Below, in pieces: positions 55,454 through 64,000 of a stretch of 64,000 nucleotides of DNA; position 1 is the first letter of the stretch; each line of letters starts with the position of its first letter. The stretch is taken from positions 64,001-128,000 of the IMG/VR virus record IMGVR_UViG_3300045988_153285, one strand, 5' to 3'. The notes under the pieces are model-generated. The model worked only from the letters and a program-made list of their open reading frames with translations. It made no database searches and had not been told where the DNA came from. The stretch comes from a virus. Position numbers and translations under genes: made by a program.

Positions 55454-55484
55454 TAAAGCCAACTCCTTTATTAATTTAATTTAT

Positions 55485-55513
55485 AAAAAGAGACTAGAAT
55501 TAATCTAATCTCT
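55485..55513 (-). terminator. rho-independent terminator (minus strand)
   Basis: Minus-strand RNA agagattaga-uuaau-ucuagucucu followed by uuuuu; the G-U pair exists only on the minus strand. Confidence 0.65.
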
Positions 55514-55630
55514 AATTTGTACATATTTAATTTTTATTTGTATATAACTAATTGAATAATCTTATAAAAATCAAGTTTTATTTAGATTCAATTTATTTTA
55601 TTTTTACGAACAATATTTATCAATTGTAAA

Positions 55631-57556
55631 TTAACTTCTAACATTATTATCAAGCCATTGTGCATTATGTTCCGCCATAAATCTTAAAGTATTACCGCTT
55701 TTATCAGTGTGTGGATGTACTTTGTCTGGCAACCATAAGTATAAATACGGTATGGCACTCTGCTTTTCAGTCGTTGTCACCCAATTATATAAACTTGAAT
55801 TTTCACTATCCGCAACCCATTTCCCATAAGGTTCTATAGTTTCTTGTGACCAACCATAAACTTCCCATGCTTTAAATAAAGGTAATGAATATCTTTTTGC
55901 AATTTTTTCTTGATATTCCGCTACCTCTGGTCTATTTTGATTTTCATAATTACCGATAATCACTATTCTAGCAAAAGGATTCATGTCTTTAATTTTACTT
56001 ATTATAAAATCAAAAGCCCCTTGGAAAGTGTATAAATTATTTTTCCCATATTCATTATATTTACTTTCATCTAAGTAATCTGCGTAACCGAAATCATTAA
56101 ATCCATGATCTATTACCCATAAATCTATATTTTCATTTTTATACTTATTTATTTTGTTTTCCCACGAATAACCTCTTATTGTCGCCCCATTTGGTGCAGA
56201 AGTTGGTTTTCCACTTGTAAAAATAGAGGAGTTATAATTATTTACTATCCAGTTCATTTCTTCAATACTATTTGTTAAACATCTACTAACTTTTTCAAAA
56301 TTACTTATAAAACCGTATGGGTTGGAAGATGAAATAAGGTTTGGGTTTTTACAATGAACACATGAGCTTCCTATTGCTTCATTATAGACAGTTGCCCCCA
56401 AAATTTTACCTACTCTCTGAGGGTAAGCATTGTCGTTGAAAAACCCAGTAAGTCCACCTGCGGGTATTGACGTACCTAACCATACAATTTTTTTATTTTT
56501 CCAGTAACTAATTTTTTCCGCATTAAATAATTTTGAAATTACACTTACTCCTTCAAATGTTACTTCTAATAAATTTATATCTTCATTTCCCACTGTTACC
56601 CCAATTGTAGTAGCTTTTCCAACATCAACAATATTTTCAAAACTTACAATTTCATCAAATCCAACTCTATCAATAACATTATTATTTTTGTCAAACAATA
56701 CATATAAATTAGTATATAGAGAATATTTGGCTTTTAACTTTAATTCATTAATTAAACTTACGTCATATGTTATAAATTTATATTCAGTATGACTTACAAA
56801 TTCATTTGTTACTTTATTCCAGTATCCATTTTTTATCGAAATAGGTGGTAATACTTGTTTACTATTTTTTAAATTGAATTTTTTTAATTTATCTTTTAAA
56901 TTATTTTTTACTTCTTTTACAATTATACTATCTATATAAGTTTGGTTTGTTGATACTATTAAAGTAGTTGCATTAGAAACATCAACAGATTTTGTAATTT
57001 CACTCGTTCCGTCTTTTAATGAATGTTCAAATATAGAACCATTTTCATCTATTAATACATATTCATCGTAATAGTGTTGTATAGTACCATTTATTACAAT
57101 TAAGTCAATACCCTTTACATCATAAGATTTTGCCCCAAATTCTGTATTGGGTAATGGAATTTTATTTCCATTTGAGTAAAAATAATTTTCTTTTGTTCCT
57201 AATATATCTCTTGTCAACATTGATGCTTTTTCGATAGTATTAATTCTATCATTAGAAATCGGGAAACTATTACCAAAACTATTTGTTCTTAATGCTACTA
57301 ACTCCGTATCTTTATTAGGATTTAAATCTTGTTCTGTTTGAAAATCATTAACTTGATTTTTTAACTGATTTACTTCATCTTTACTTGCTTTTTGTTCCAA
57401 TTGTTCGTTTAATTCCGTAGTTTTACTATCTATTTCTGTTAATTTATTTTCTAGTTTCTTTGTTCCTCCTTCTACAAAAACACCGTTCCCATCCGTAACA
57501 GGAAGAACTTCTTTTCCGTCTTTATCTTCTAGTATTATATAATTTCTATTTGCCAT
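55631..57556 (-). CDS. tail fibre / receptor-binding protein with C-terminal SGNH (GDSL-like) hydrolase domain
   Basis: N-terminus is paralogous to 52012-53379. C-terminal blocks VWLGTSIPAGG (block I), VIDHGFNDFG (block III), DKVHPH (block V). Confidence 0.6.
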   Translation of the reverse strand: MANRNYIILEDKDGKEVLPVTDGNGVFVEGGTKKLENKLTEIDSKTTELNEQLEQKASKDEVNQLKNQVNDFQTEQDLNPNKDTELVALRTNSFGNSFPISNDRINTIEKASMLTRDILGTKENYFYSNGNKIPLPNTEFGAKSYDVKGIDLIVINGTIQHYYDEYVLIDENGSIFEHSLKDGTSEITKSVDVSNATTLIVSTNQTYIDSIIVKEVKNNLKDKLKKFNLKNSKQVLPPISIKNGYWNKVTNEFVSHTEYKFITYDVSLINELKLKAKYSLYTNLYVLFDKNNNVIDRVGFDEIVSFENIVDVGKATTIGVTVGNEDINLLEVTFEGVSVISKLFNAEKISYWKNKKIVWLGTSIPAGGLTGFFNDNAYPQRVGKILGATVYNEAIGSSCVHCKNPNLISSSNPYGFISNFEKVSRCLTNSIEEMNWIVNNYNSSIFTSGKPTSAPNGATIRGYSWENKINKYKNENIDLWVIDHGFNDFGYADYLDESKYNEYGKNNLYTFQGAFDFIISKIKDMNPFARIVIIGNYENQNRPEVAEYQEKIAKRYSLPLFKAWEVYGWSQETIEPYGKWVADSENSSLYNWVTTTEKQSAIPYLYLWLPDKVHPHTDKSGNTLRFMAEHNAQWLDNNVRS

Positions 57557-57569
57557 TATTCATTCCTCC

Positions 57570-58574
57570 TTATGTCAAGCTTTCAGCAGTAAATAGTTTA
57601 TAATTTATTTTTCTAATCATATTATCCCTTAAATTTGCTTCGCCTTCTCTAGCTAATAATATCTCTCCCTCATCCACATTCGTAGTCATTAATGGCTTGT
57701 AATACGATGCAGAAAGTGTAACAGAAAGGTTTATAGCTTCATCCGATTTTAATAAAATTCTTGTTTTATCTATTATCTTGTAGCCCATTGTAACAGCTTC
57801 TTTTGTATCTGCATTTTTAAAAGATATGTGAGGATTCTCACTATTTAAATCATGTGTTATTTCTTTTTCATATACATCAACATTTAAAGTCCAATCAGAA
57901 GATTTAATTATGACCTCTTTATTTCCTGCAACATTTATAACCTCATCTTTGGCTTGTTGTATATTATCTTGAATTTCTTGAATAGCTGTATCTTTTCTCT
58001 TTTCCGCTTCGGTTATTGCACTATCCACAGCTTGTATACATTCATTCTTTTTGTTTTCTAAATTAGTAATTGTTAATTTTCCTTCTGCAATAAGAGACTC
58101 TAATAATTCAATTACCTTTTTGGCATCACCTATGTCTAAAAGAAATCTCAATGCTTCTCTACCAGCATCTATAATTTCTTGTAATGTTAGCACTACATGC
58201 TTACCACTTATATCATGCTCATCATAGATTCTACTGCATCCTATAAGTTGGATACCTTTCTTATAATAATTATATATTTTTGTTTTCCCAAATTGAGATT
58301 TATCTAAATATGCTACCCCATTATTGTAATCTATATAGTATGTATTTGGCGTTATTTCATCTCTATTAAATACTTCTGTCATCTGAGTATTATTTTCGTT
58401 TAATATAATAACTCTATTATATTCATCTGGCACATATTCTAATTGAATAGTCCCATGAACCGAAACTTGCTTTTCTTCTTTATCTACTTTAATGGATATC
58501 GGGTTGCCATATTCGTCTAAATTATATTTGAATATTAAGGCATCTCCATTAAATTGATCGTAATTCAAATTCAT
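57570..58574 (-). CDS. tail/baseplate-associated protein, 334 aa
   Basis: ORF in the tail module with AAGGAGGAG RBS; central coiled coil. Confidence 0.45.
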   Translation of the reverse strand: MNLNYDQFNGDALIFKYNLDEYGNPISIKVDKEEKQVSVHGTIQLEYVPDEYNRVIILNENNTQMTEVFNRDEITPNTYYIDYNNGVAYLDKSQFGKTKIYNYYKKGIQLIGCSRIYDEHDISGKHVVLTLQEIIDAGREALRFLLDIGDAKKVIELLESLIAEGKLTITNLENKKNECIQAVDSAITEAEKRKDTAIQEIQDNIQQAKDEVINVAGNKEVIIKSSDWTLNVDVYEKEITHDLNSENPHISFKNADTKEAVTMGYKIIDKTRILLKSDEAINLSVTLSASYYKPLMTTNVDEGEILLAREGEANLRDNMIRKINYKLFTAESLT

Positions 58575-58656
58575 TATAATAACTCCTCCTTATTAAATTT
58601 ATTTTTTTGCATAATAAAAAGGCTTAGAAATTAATCTTAGCCTTTTGTTAAAATAC

Positions 58657-59118
58657 CTATTTTAAACCAATTTCTATTTTATCAAACTCGTTAATTTTTA
58701 TATCTACTTGAATCAATTCAAAACTGTTTCTACCTTTAATGATAGGTTTTATCATCTTTTGCTCTACTGTTAAAACAATATTATTGTCTTTGATAAAATT
58801 ATAAACTATTGTACCGTTTTCTATAATTTCATCTACACTAGAAAAAACTCCGGATACAACTTTAACATCAACTCCCCCATTATCCATAGCATAATAATTA
58901 TATAAATAATCAGTATTATCTTTTAATGCCTCATATTCTTCATCCGTATGCGCCGTTGCTTCATGAATTCTTTCATCTTCAGCTTTATTATCTTCTTTTG
59001 TATTAACAACATCAATAGATGTTTTTTGTTCTTTATTGTTATAATTTTCTGTGTTATTAGAACATCCTATAAAAAATATACATAATATTGATATTAACAT
59101 AATTCTTAATTTTACCAT
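58657..59118 (-). CDS. lipoprotein, 153 aa
   Basis: Signal peptide plus lipobox MVKLRIMLISILCIFFIG|C. Confidence 0.6.
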   Translation of the reverse strand: MVKLRIMLISILCIFFIGCSNNTENYNNKEQKTSIDVVNTKEDNKAEDERIHEATAHTDEEYEALKDNTDYLYNYYAMDNGGVDVKVVSGVFSSVDEIIENGTIVYNFIKDNNIVLTVEQKMIKPIIKGRNSFELIQVDIKINEFDKIEIGLK

Positions 59119-59180
59119 ATTTTATACCCCACACTTTAAAATTAAGAATATTTTAACATATATAACTCAATATTACAATA

Positions 59181-59420
59181 TTAAAACCCACAAACTTCAG
59201 CTTCTTTTTCAACCAACTCTTTAAATGCTAAATATTCTGATTTTACAAGTTCTTTATTTTTTGAATAGTATTCGTTATTAATAATTTGAATGTTTGTAGA
59301 AAAAGTATTATATTCCGTCCCTATTTGACAACTTAAAAATGCCACATCAATTTTACTTCCATCATCCAAAGTAATTACAACCTTCTTTGTATAGTTTATT
59401 GTTTTATTAATTTCACTCAT
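59181..59420 (-). CDS. hypothetical protein, 79 aa
   Basis: ORF with TAGGAGGAA RBS. Confidence 0.5.
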   Translation of the reverse strand: MSEINKTINYTKKVVITLDDGSKIDVAFLSCQIGTEYNTFSTNIQIINNEYYSKNKELVKSEYLAFKELVEKEAEVCGF

Positions 59421-59441
59421 TGTTTTTCCTCCTAAACTTTA

Positions 59442-62400
59442 TTACCATGTTACAAATGATTTTGAGTATAAATTTATATATATATGTCCCCTTGTAGAAG
59501 ATTCTAATATTATTTCATTCACTATACCTATAGTTAAATATGCAGTTATATCAACCTCAGTGTCGCTATTTATATTATCTCTTACTACTCTTCCGTTTAC
59601 TTTTAGAACTACATTACTAGGTATATTTTCCGTGCCATTTAAATCATAACAACCATACTTCTCAGCATGAGTGTGATTTGGTATGTTTAAATTAGTAGTA
59701 TGACTGTGATTTGGACAATTATGACTATGCGCACCTATAGATATACTTACTGAATGATCGTGGTCAAATTGAAATTTAGAAATTGGATGTACATGCTCAT
59801 TTCCCGAATATTCAACTTGAGGGTTTGTTGTGAATTCTGATTGGAAAGTGGCATAATTTTGATTACTACTTGTTATAGTGCTTGAATATCCACCACCAGA
59901 ACTACTTGTTGAGCCTCCTCCGCTTAATGTAGAAACTCCTTGCACATAAGCGCCCCCACCTTCCATTCCTTTGCTATAAACTCTGAAAGGTCTTAACTTT
60001 ATCATGATTATACATTCTTTCAATATATTTACGTTATTTTTTATTCTGAAATATGAATACATAGGAGAATTTAAATCTACCGCTGAACGGTCGGTATATT
60101 GAAATTCACTAACTATCCCATCTTCACTTAAAACCAAACCCTTCCCATCTTTTCCATACAATCTAAGTCTTGCCTTTCTGACCCCATTTTCTAATTCTGT
60201 ACCCAAAAATACTCTCTGAACATCGTTAGCATCTTTTATAGATAATCCGAATCCTTTGTTTAAATCATCCATATCGCCGATATAAAATTCTCCATTTTCA
60301 CTGGTTATATAAAGCTTATGACCAAGAATTATCTCGCCGATTAGCTGTTTGGCTATAATTCCATTTTCATCTATGGCACATTTTGCATTTAACCATCTAT
60401 CATTAGTTATAGCCATCATACTAGAACTTAAATATAACTGATTGTTTTCGTTAGTTGCATCTATTAAGAAGATCCCACTTTCACTCATATCAATCTTTAT
60501 AGTTTCTGTTCTAGATTTGATTCCTTGTGCCTTCATTTCCAATCCGTCTGTAAGCATTTTATTAATATAATCATTTACACTTGTTGAGTTTTTCCATATA
60601 TCTTTATAGTTATTTGTATAAGTATTACTTCTATTTATCTTCTCACCTATTGTACTTAATTTAGATAATTCATCTAAATTTTTATCTCTATTACTAAAAC
60701 TTATACTGCTAATTTTATGTTCTTTAGGAATGTAAGTAAATCCAACTATTCTTATATGTCCTTCGCCTGTTTCCATTAAGTTTTCTTCTTCTAAATTAAC
60801 AAAGTCACCTAACACAATCCATTCATTCCAAGCATTATCTCTAGGTAAATTTTGAATTAATCCAACAAGAGTGGTTTCAAATTGTATGTTTAATTTATTT
60901 CTTTCTTTTAATATCTCTACTGAATTCTGATATAATCTATAATTAGTTAAACTATGTTCATCCGTCAATTCCATTATATTAGTGATATCTTTTAATTCTA
61001 TAAGCAAATCTTTAGTAAATATCTCTCCTTTATCATCTCTGGCAGTTTCAACCTGAATGGACTTTACCTTTTCAGATATCCAATCATCCAGCTTTGCAAT
61101 ATTATCCTTGCATTCTGTTATATCTCTTAGTATCTCTGTTAATTTATCTTGCTTTTGATTAATTTCCTCGCTCAACCTTCTTACATCTGATTCACTTTCA
61201 GATTTAATATAGGCCGATCTTATCACTTCTAATCCTCTTATGTTTTCTTCTAGTGCAGTTTTCTCGCTTTCTAATTTAATTTTATATTTATTATATCCGT
61301 TTAACTCTAATCTCTTTTCTAATATATCCGCCTGCGTATCACCTTCTAATAATTTAGTATATCTATTCCATGCAATTAATAACTCTTCACTCATAAGTCC
61401 GTTGTTAATATAATATGTATAGTCTAATATATAATCATTTCCAGTTGGATTTTCTTCAGATATATTAGCATTATCACTCTTTACATATAACTTATTGCAT
61501 ATATCACTATACTGTAAATTCTGGTTTATAGATTTAACAAAATTCTCATAACTAAGTATTAATCCATTATTTTCACCAACTTCTTCTAAAGCATAACAAT
61601 TGAGAATTCTATTATAATTATCGAATATAAAAACCACATCGTATGCCTCTGATACATTTTTTCTCAAAAAGTCTATCCATTGATACGACCCCTCATCAAA
61701 ATTTCTCATCTTTATATTTTCTATATCAACTTCATTACCATTTGTATAATATAAATTGATTGCATCGAATTCACATTTTAATCCATCTAAATTCGTAAAT
61801 TCTTCCCAAAATTCTTTTGTTAATCCATCAGTAAATGTTATTTCATATTTTACGGCATATCTATAAGTATCATTTCCATCATAAGTTGCTTTTATTTTTG
61901 ATATTCCTGTATGTAAATTCCCAAAAGAATTATGTGTTTCCTTCTCTTCCTTTAGAAATTTATTATCATTAAAAGTATCATAACTCTTAATATTTGAATA
62001 ATGAATTTGCAATGTAACTACATTTTTATCATCAATAGGATTTATTTCAGTAAAATCTTTCTCCCATAGTGTCATACCTCTCTTCACTTTTGCTATTGAT
62101 AGACTATCTAGAATAGGCATAGTAAACTCTTCACTACATCTACCAAATTCTTTCCTAGCTTTTTCTGTGACAACACCTATAGACCAACTAGGATTATCTA
62201 ATAAAAATTCATCTAGTATTCCATCTGCTATATATAATTCATCGTTTCCTTTATATAATTGCCTTGATATTGAACCTATGTCATATGAAAATTCTAATGT
62301 TTTTTCAAAGGAATATGCTGTTATACTCTTAACTTTTTTACCATTAGACTCGCTATTTATCTCGCATTCATCTATTATATATCTTTCTTTCCCAAATAAT

Positions 62401-62630
62401 ATCTGCTGCCTTTTGCCTAAAAATTTATCGTATATAATATTATCCACAGTAATTCCATTATGTGTAATCTTATTTGGAACTGTTAATTTCATAATGTCAT
62501 AATCCTGGAATTTATACTCTATGCTATCTATGAATTCTTTAGGTATTTCACAAAATTCTTCCCTTGTGTTCTTCATCAATATAAATTTATCTATATTTGA
62601 ATTATCTTTTATATTAACTTTTCTAAACAT
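59442..62630 (-). CDS. large tail protein (phage minor structural / tail-tip protein), 1062 aa
   Basis: Size and position typical of siphovirus tail-tip/endopeptidase-tail proteins; central coiled coil; Gly/Ser-rich linker; C-terminal HxH repeats. Confidence 0.55.
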   Translation of the reverse strand: MFRKVNIKDNSNIDKFILMKNTREEFCEIPKEFIDSIEYKFQDYDIMKLTVPNKITHNGITVDNIIYDKFLGKRQQILFGKERYIIDECEINSESNGKKVKSITAYSFEKTLEFSYDIGSISRQLYKGNDELYIADGILDEFLLDNPSWSIGVVTEKARKEFGRCSEEFTMPILDSLSIAKVKRGMTLWEKDFTEINPIDDKNVVTLQIHYSNIKSYDTFNDNKFLKEEKETHNSFGNLHTGISKIKATYDGNDTYRYAVKYEITFTDGLTKEFWEEFTNLDGLKCEFDAINLYYTNGNEVDIENIKMRNFDEGSYQWIDFLRKNVSEAYDVVFIFDNYNRILNCYALEEVGENNGLILSYENFVKSINQNLQYSDICNKLYVKSDNANISEENPTGNDYILDYTYYINNGLMSEELLIAWNRYTKLLEGDTQADILEKRLELNGYNKYKIKLESEKTALEENIRGLEVIRSAYIKSESESDVRRLSEEINQKQDKLTEILRDITECKDNIAKLDDWISEKVKSIQVETARDDKGEIFTKDLLIELKDITNIMELTDEHSLTNYRLYQNSVEILKERNKLNIQFETTLVGLIQNLPRDNAWNEWIVLGDFVNLEEENLMETGEGHIRIVGFTYIPKEHKISSISFSNRDKNLDELSKLSTIGEKINRSNTYTNNYKDIWKNSTSVNDYINKMLTDGLEMKAQGIKSRTETIKIDMSESGIFLIDATNENNQLYLSSSMMAITNDRWLNAKCAIDENGIIAKQLIGEIILGHKLYITSENGEFYIGDMDDLNKGFGLSIKDANDVQRVFLGTELENGVRKARLRLYGKDGKGLVLSEDGIVSEFQYTDRSAVDLNSPMYSYFRIKNNVNILKECIIMIKLRPFRVYSKGMEGGGAYVQGVSTLSGGGSTSSSGGGYSSTITSSNQNYATFQSEFTTNPQVEYSGNEHVHPISKFQFDHDHSVSISIGAHSHNCPNHSHTTNLNIPNHTHAEKYGCYDLNGTENIPSNVVLKVNGRVVRDNINSDTEVDITAYLTIGIVNEIILESSTRGHIYINLYSKSFVTW

Positions 62631-62649
62631 AACTCTCTCTCCTTCCTAC

Positions 62650-62790
62650 CATGCTTGAACCTCCCACGACTAAAGTCATAGGATTCTTGGGTAATCTCAA
62701 CCATTGTCAAGAAATTTACCAAGCTATCCTCCTAGTTCCTAAGATTTTCTTATTTATTATTTATAATTCTAATTTTCTTAACCCTTCATT
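62650..62790 (-). ncRNA. putative TnpB omega-RNA (right-end element RNA)
   Basis: GC-richer structured tract overlapping and following the tnpB 3' end. Hairpin 62662-62683 forms 8 bp only on the minus strand (two G-U pairs). Confidence 0.4.
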
Positions 62791-63915
62791 TAATATATTT
62801 ATACTTGCATTATAATCTCTATCTATTTTTAACCCACATTTTTCACATATATAAGTTCTACATCCTAAATCCTTTGTTTGATTGCTTTGTGATCCACAAT
62901 TGCTACATAATTGACTTGATGGGTAGAATCTATCTATTCTTGATATTAACTTATAATTCCATCTAGCCTTATATTCTAATTCTCTATTAAATTCAAAGAA
63001 ACTTGCATCTGATATTGATTTTGCTAACTTATGATTTTTAATCATACCACTAGAATTTAAATCTTCTAAACAGATAATATCATAATCTTTGATTAATTTA
63101 GTTGATAATTTTTGTAGAAAATCTATTCTACAATTAGTTATCTTTTTATGCCATTTATTAACTTTTAACCTTTGTTTATTTCTATTATTAGAACCTTTCT
63201 TTCTTTTACTCAGTTTTCTTTGAGATTTAACCAATTGTTGCTCGTACTTTATATAAAATTTAGGATTATTTATAATTTCATTATCTGACGTAGTAGCAAA
63301 CTCTTTTATCCCTAAATCTATTCCTATTACTGCCCCAGTTTGTTCTAATGGTTTAGACACTACACCTACACAACACAAACTTATATAATACTTATTATCT
63401 GTATCTCTTGATAATGTAGCAGACACAATTCTCCCTTCATATTGTCTTGAATACGCAATTTTAATTTGTTTTACTTTGGGTAATTTAATTTTGCAATTTT
63501 GTTTTTTAAATTTGCCAGTAGAAGTATATTTAATTTCTTTTTCTAATACCGCAATATTACCATTAGTATAATTTATTTTAATACTTTGATAATTATTTTT
63601 ATAAGATTTAAACTTAGGAAAACCACATTCTTTTTTAAAGAATTTTAAGAATGTCTGATACTGATATTTAATGGTATTTTGTAGAACAGATTTTTCACAC
63701 TCTTTAAGCCAAGGATTTTTATTTTTAAGAAGTGTTAATAATTTCGACATTTTATTATAATTTAAAACACTTTTATGATGGTTTAATCTATGTTTATTTA
63801 TATTTAAGAAATAGTTCCAAACGTATCTTTTGGCTTTAAACATATTTTCTATCTGTTCTATTTGATTATTTTTAGGATATATTCTATATTTAAATCCTTT
63901 TTCTATTGTTTCCAT
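62761..63915 (-). CDS. tnpB: TnpB (IS200/IS605-family OrfB) RNA-guided nuclease
   Basis: RuvC motifs IGIDLGIKEFATTS, CLEDLN, DRDYNASINI; zinc finger CSNCG...CEKCG. ATG 63915 follows GAGGTG. Confidence 0.85.
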   Translation of the reverse strand: METIEKGFKYRIYPKNNQIEQIENMFKAKRYVWNYFLNINKHRLNHHKSVLNYNKMSKLLTLLKNKNPWLKECEKSVLQNTIKYQYQTFLKFFKKECGFPKFKSYKNNYQSIKINYTNGNIAVLEKEIKYTSTGKFKKQNCKIKLPKVKQIKIAYSRQYEGRIVSATLSRDTDNKYYISLCCVGVVSKPLEQTGAVIGIDLGIKEFATTSDNEIINNPKFYIKYEQQLVKSQRKLSKRKKGSNNRNKQRLKVNKWHKKITNCRIDFLQKLSTKLIKDYDIICLEDLNSSGMIKNHKLAKSISDASFFEFNRELEYKARWNYKLISRIDRFYPSSQLCSNCGSQSNQTKDLGCRTYICEKCGLKIDRDYNASINILNEGLRKLEL

Positions 63916-64000
63916 TATTAACACCTCGCTTTCTATTTTTCTTTTTGGGTTTTAATATAGTTTATTATTTGTTCCTCGGTATTTTCTGATACTGTAGCTA

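Larger units (their letters stand above)
62650..64000 (-). mobile_element. TnpA-less IS605-type element (left end at or beyond window edge)
   Basis: tnpB alone, with no tnpA ORF; inserted immediately upstream of the tail gene RBS (62637-62646). Confidence 0.5.

Noticed and set aside
48394-62502. Plus-strand track ORFs inside the minus-strand module (48394-48729, 51343-51528, 55219-55404, 62167-62502)
   Set aside because: They are mirror frames of minus-strand genes that carry RBSs and recognisable domains, and none has an RBS of its own.

Overview
Very AT-rich (about three quarters A+T by eye), gene-dense DNA that reads as part of a large low-GC Firmicutes (Clostridium-type) phage or plasmid-prophage. 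All calls are by-eye motif recognition; no searches were run. Positions 1-47.9 kb are an almost unbroken + strand early/replication region. It holds family-B DNA polymerase, DnaG-type primase, DnaB-like and RecD-like helicases, a RecJ-like DHH protein, an ATP-dependent ligase, a DNA methyltransferase, dUTPase, FolD, a divergent ThyX-like protein and NrdD/NrdG, plus many tiny ORFs. It is punctuated by eight copies of a strongly conserved promoter, a 17-bp box followed by TTGACA-N17-TATAAT. The standout feature is a compact type I-B-like CRISPR-Cas locus at 2.4-8.7 kb, ordered cas5-cas6-cas8b-like-cas7-[10-repeat array]-cas3. The array sits between cas7 and cas3, no cas1/cas2/cas4 is present in the window, and five unknown small genes lie between the early promoter and cas5. 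Other notable items: nrdD is split into three exons by two ORF-less group I introns. A metallophosphatase gene is reduced to N- and C-terminal stubs around an endonuclease-like ORF. Free-standing HNH and AP2 endonuclease-like genes are present. Positions 48.4-51.4 kb carry a minus-strand tyrosine-recombinase/DUF1064 module flanked by structured ORF-free DNA. Positions 52-62.6 kb carry a minus-strand tail/lysis module with two tail-fibre paralogs flanking holin and endolysin. A TnpA-less TnpB (IS605-type) element has its putative omega-RNA end abutting the RBS of a 1062-aa tail gene. No tRNA or rRNA was recognised.
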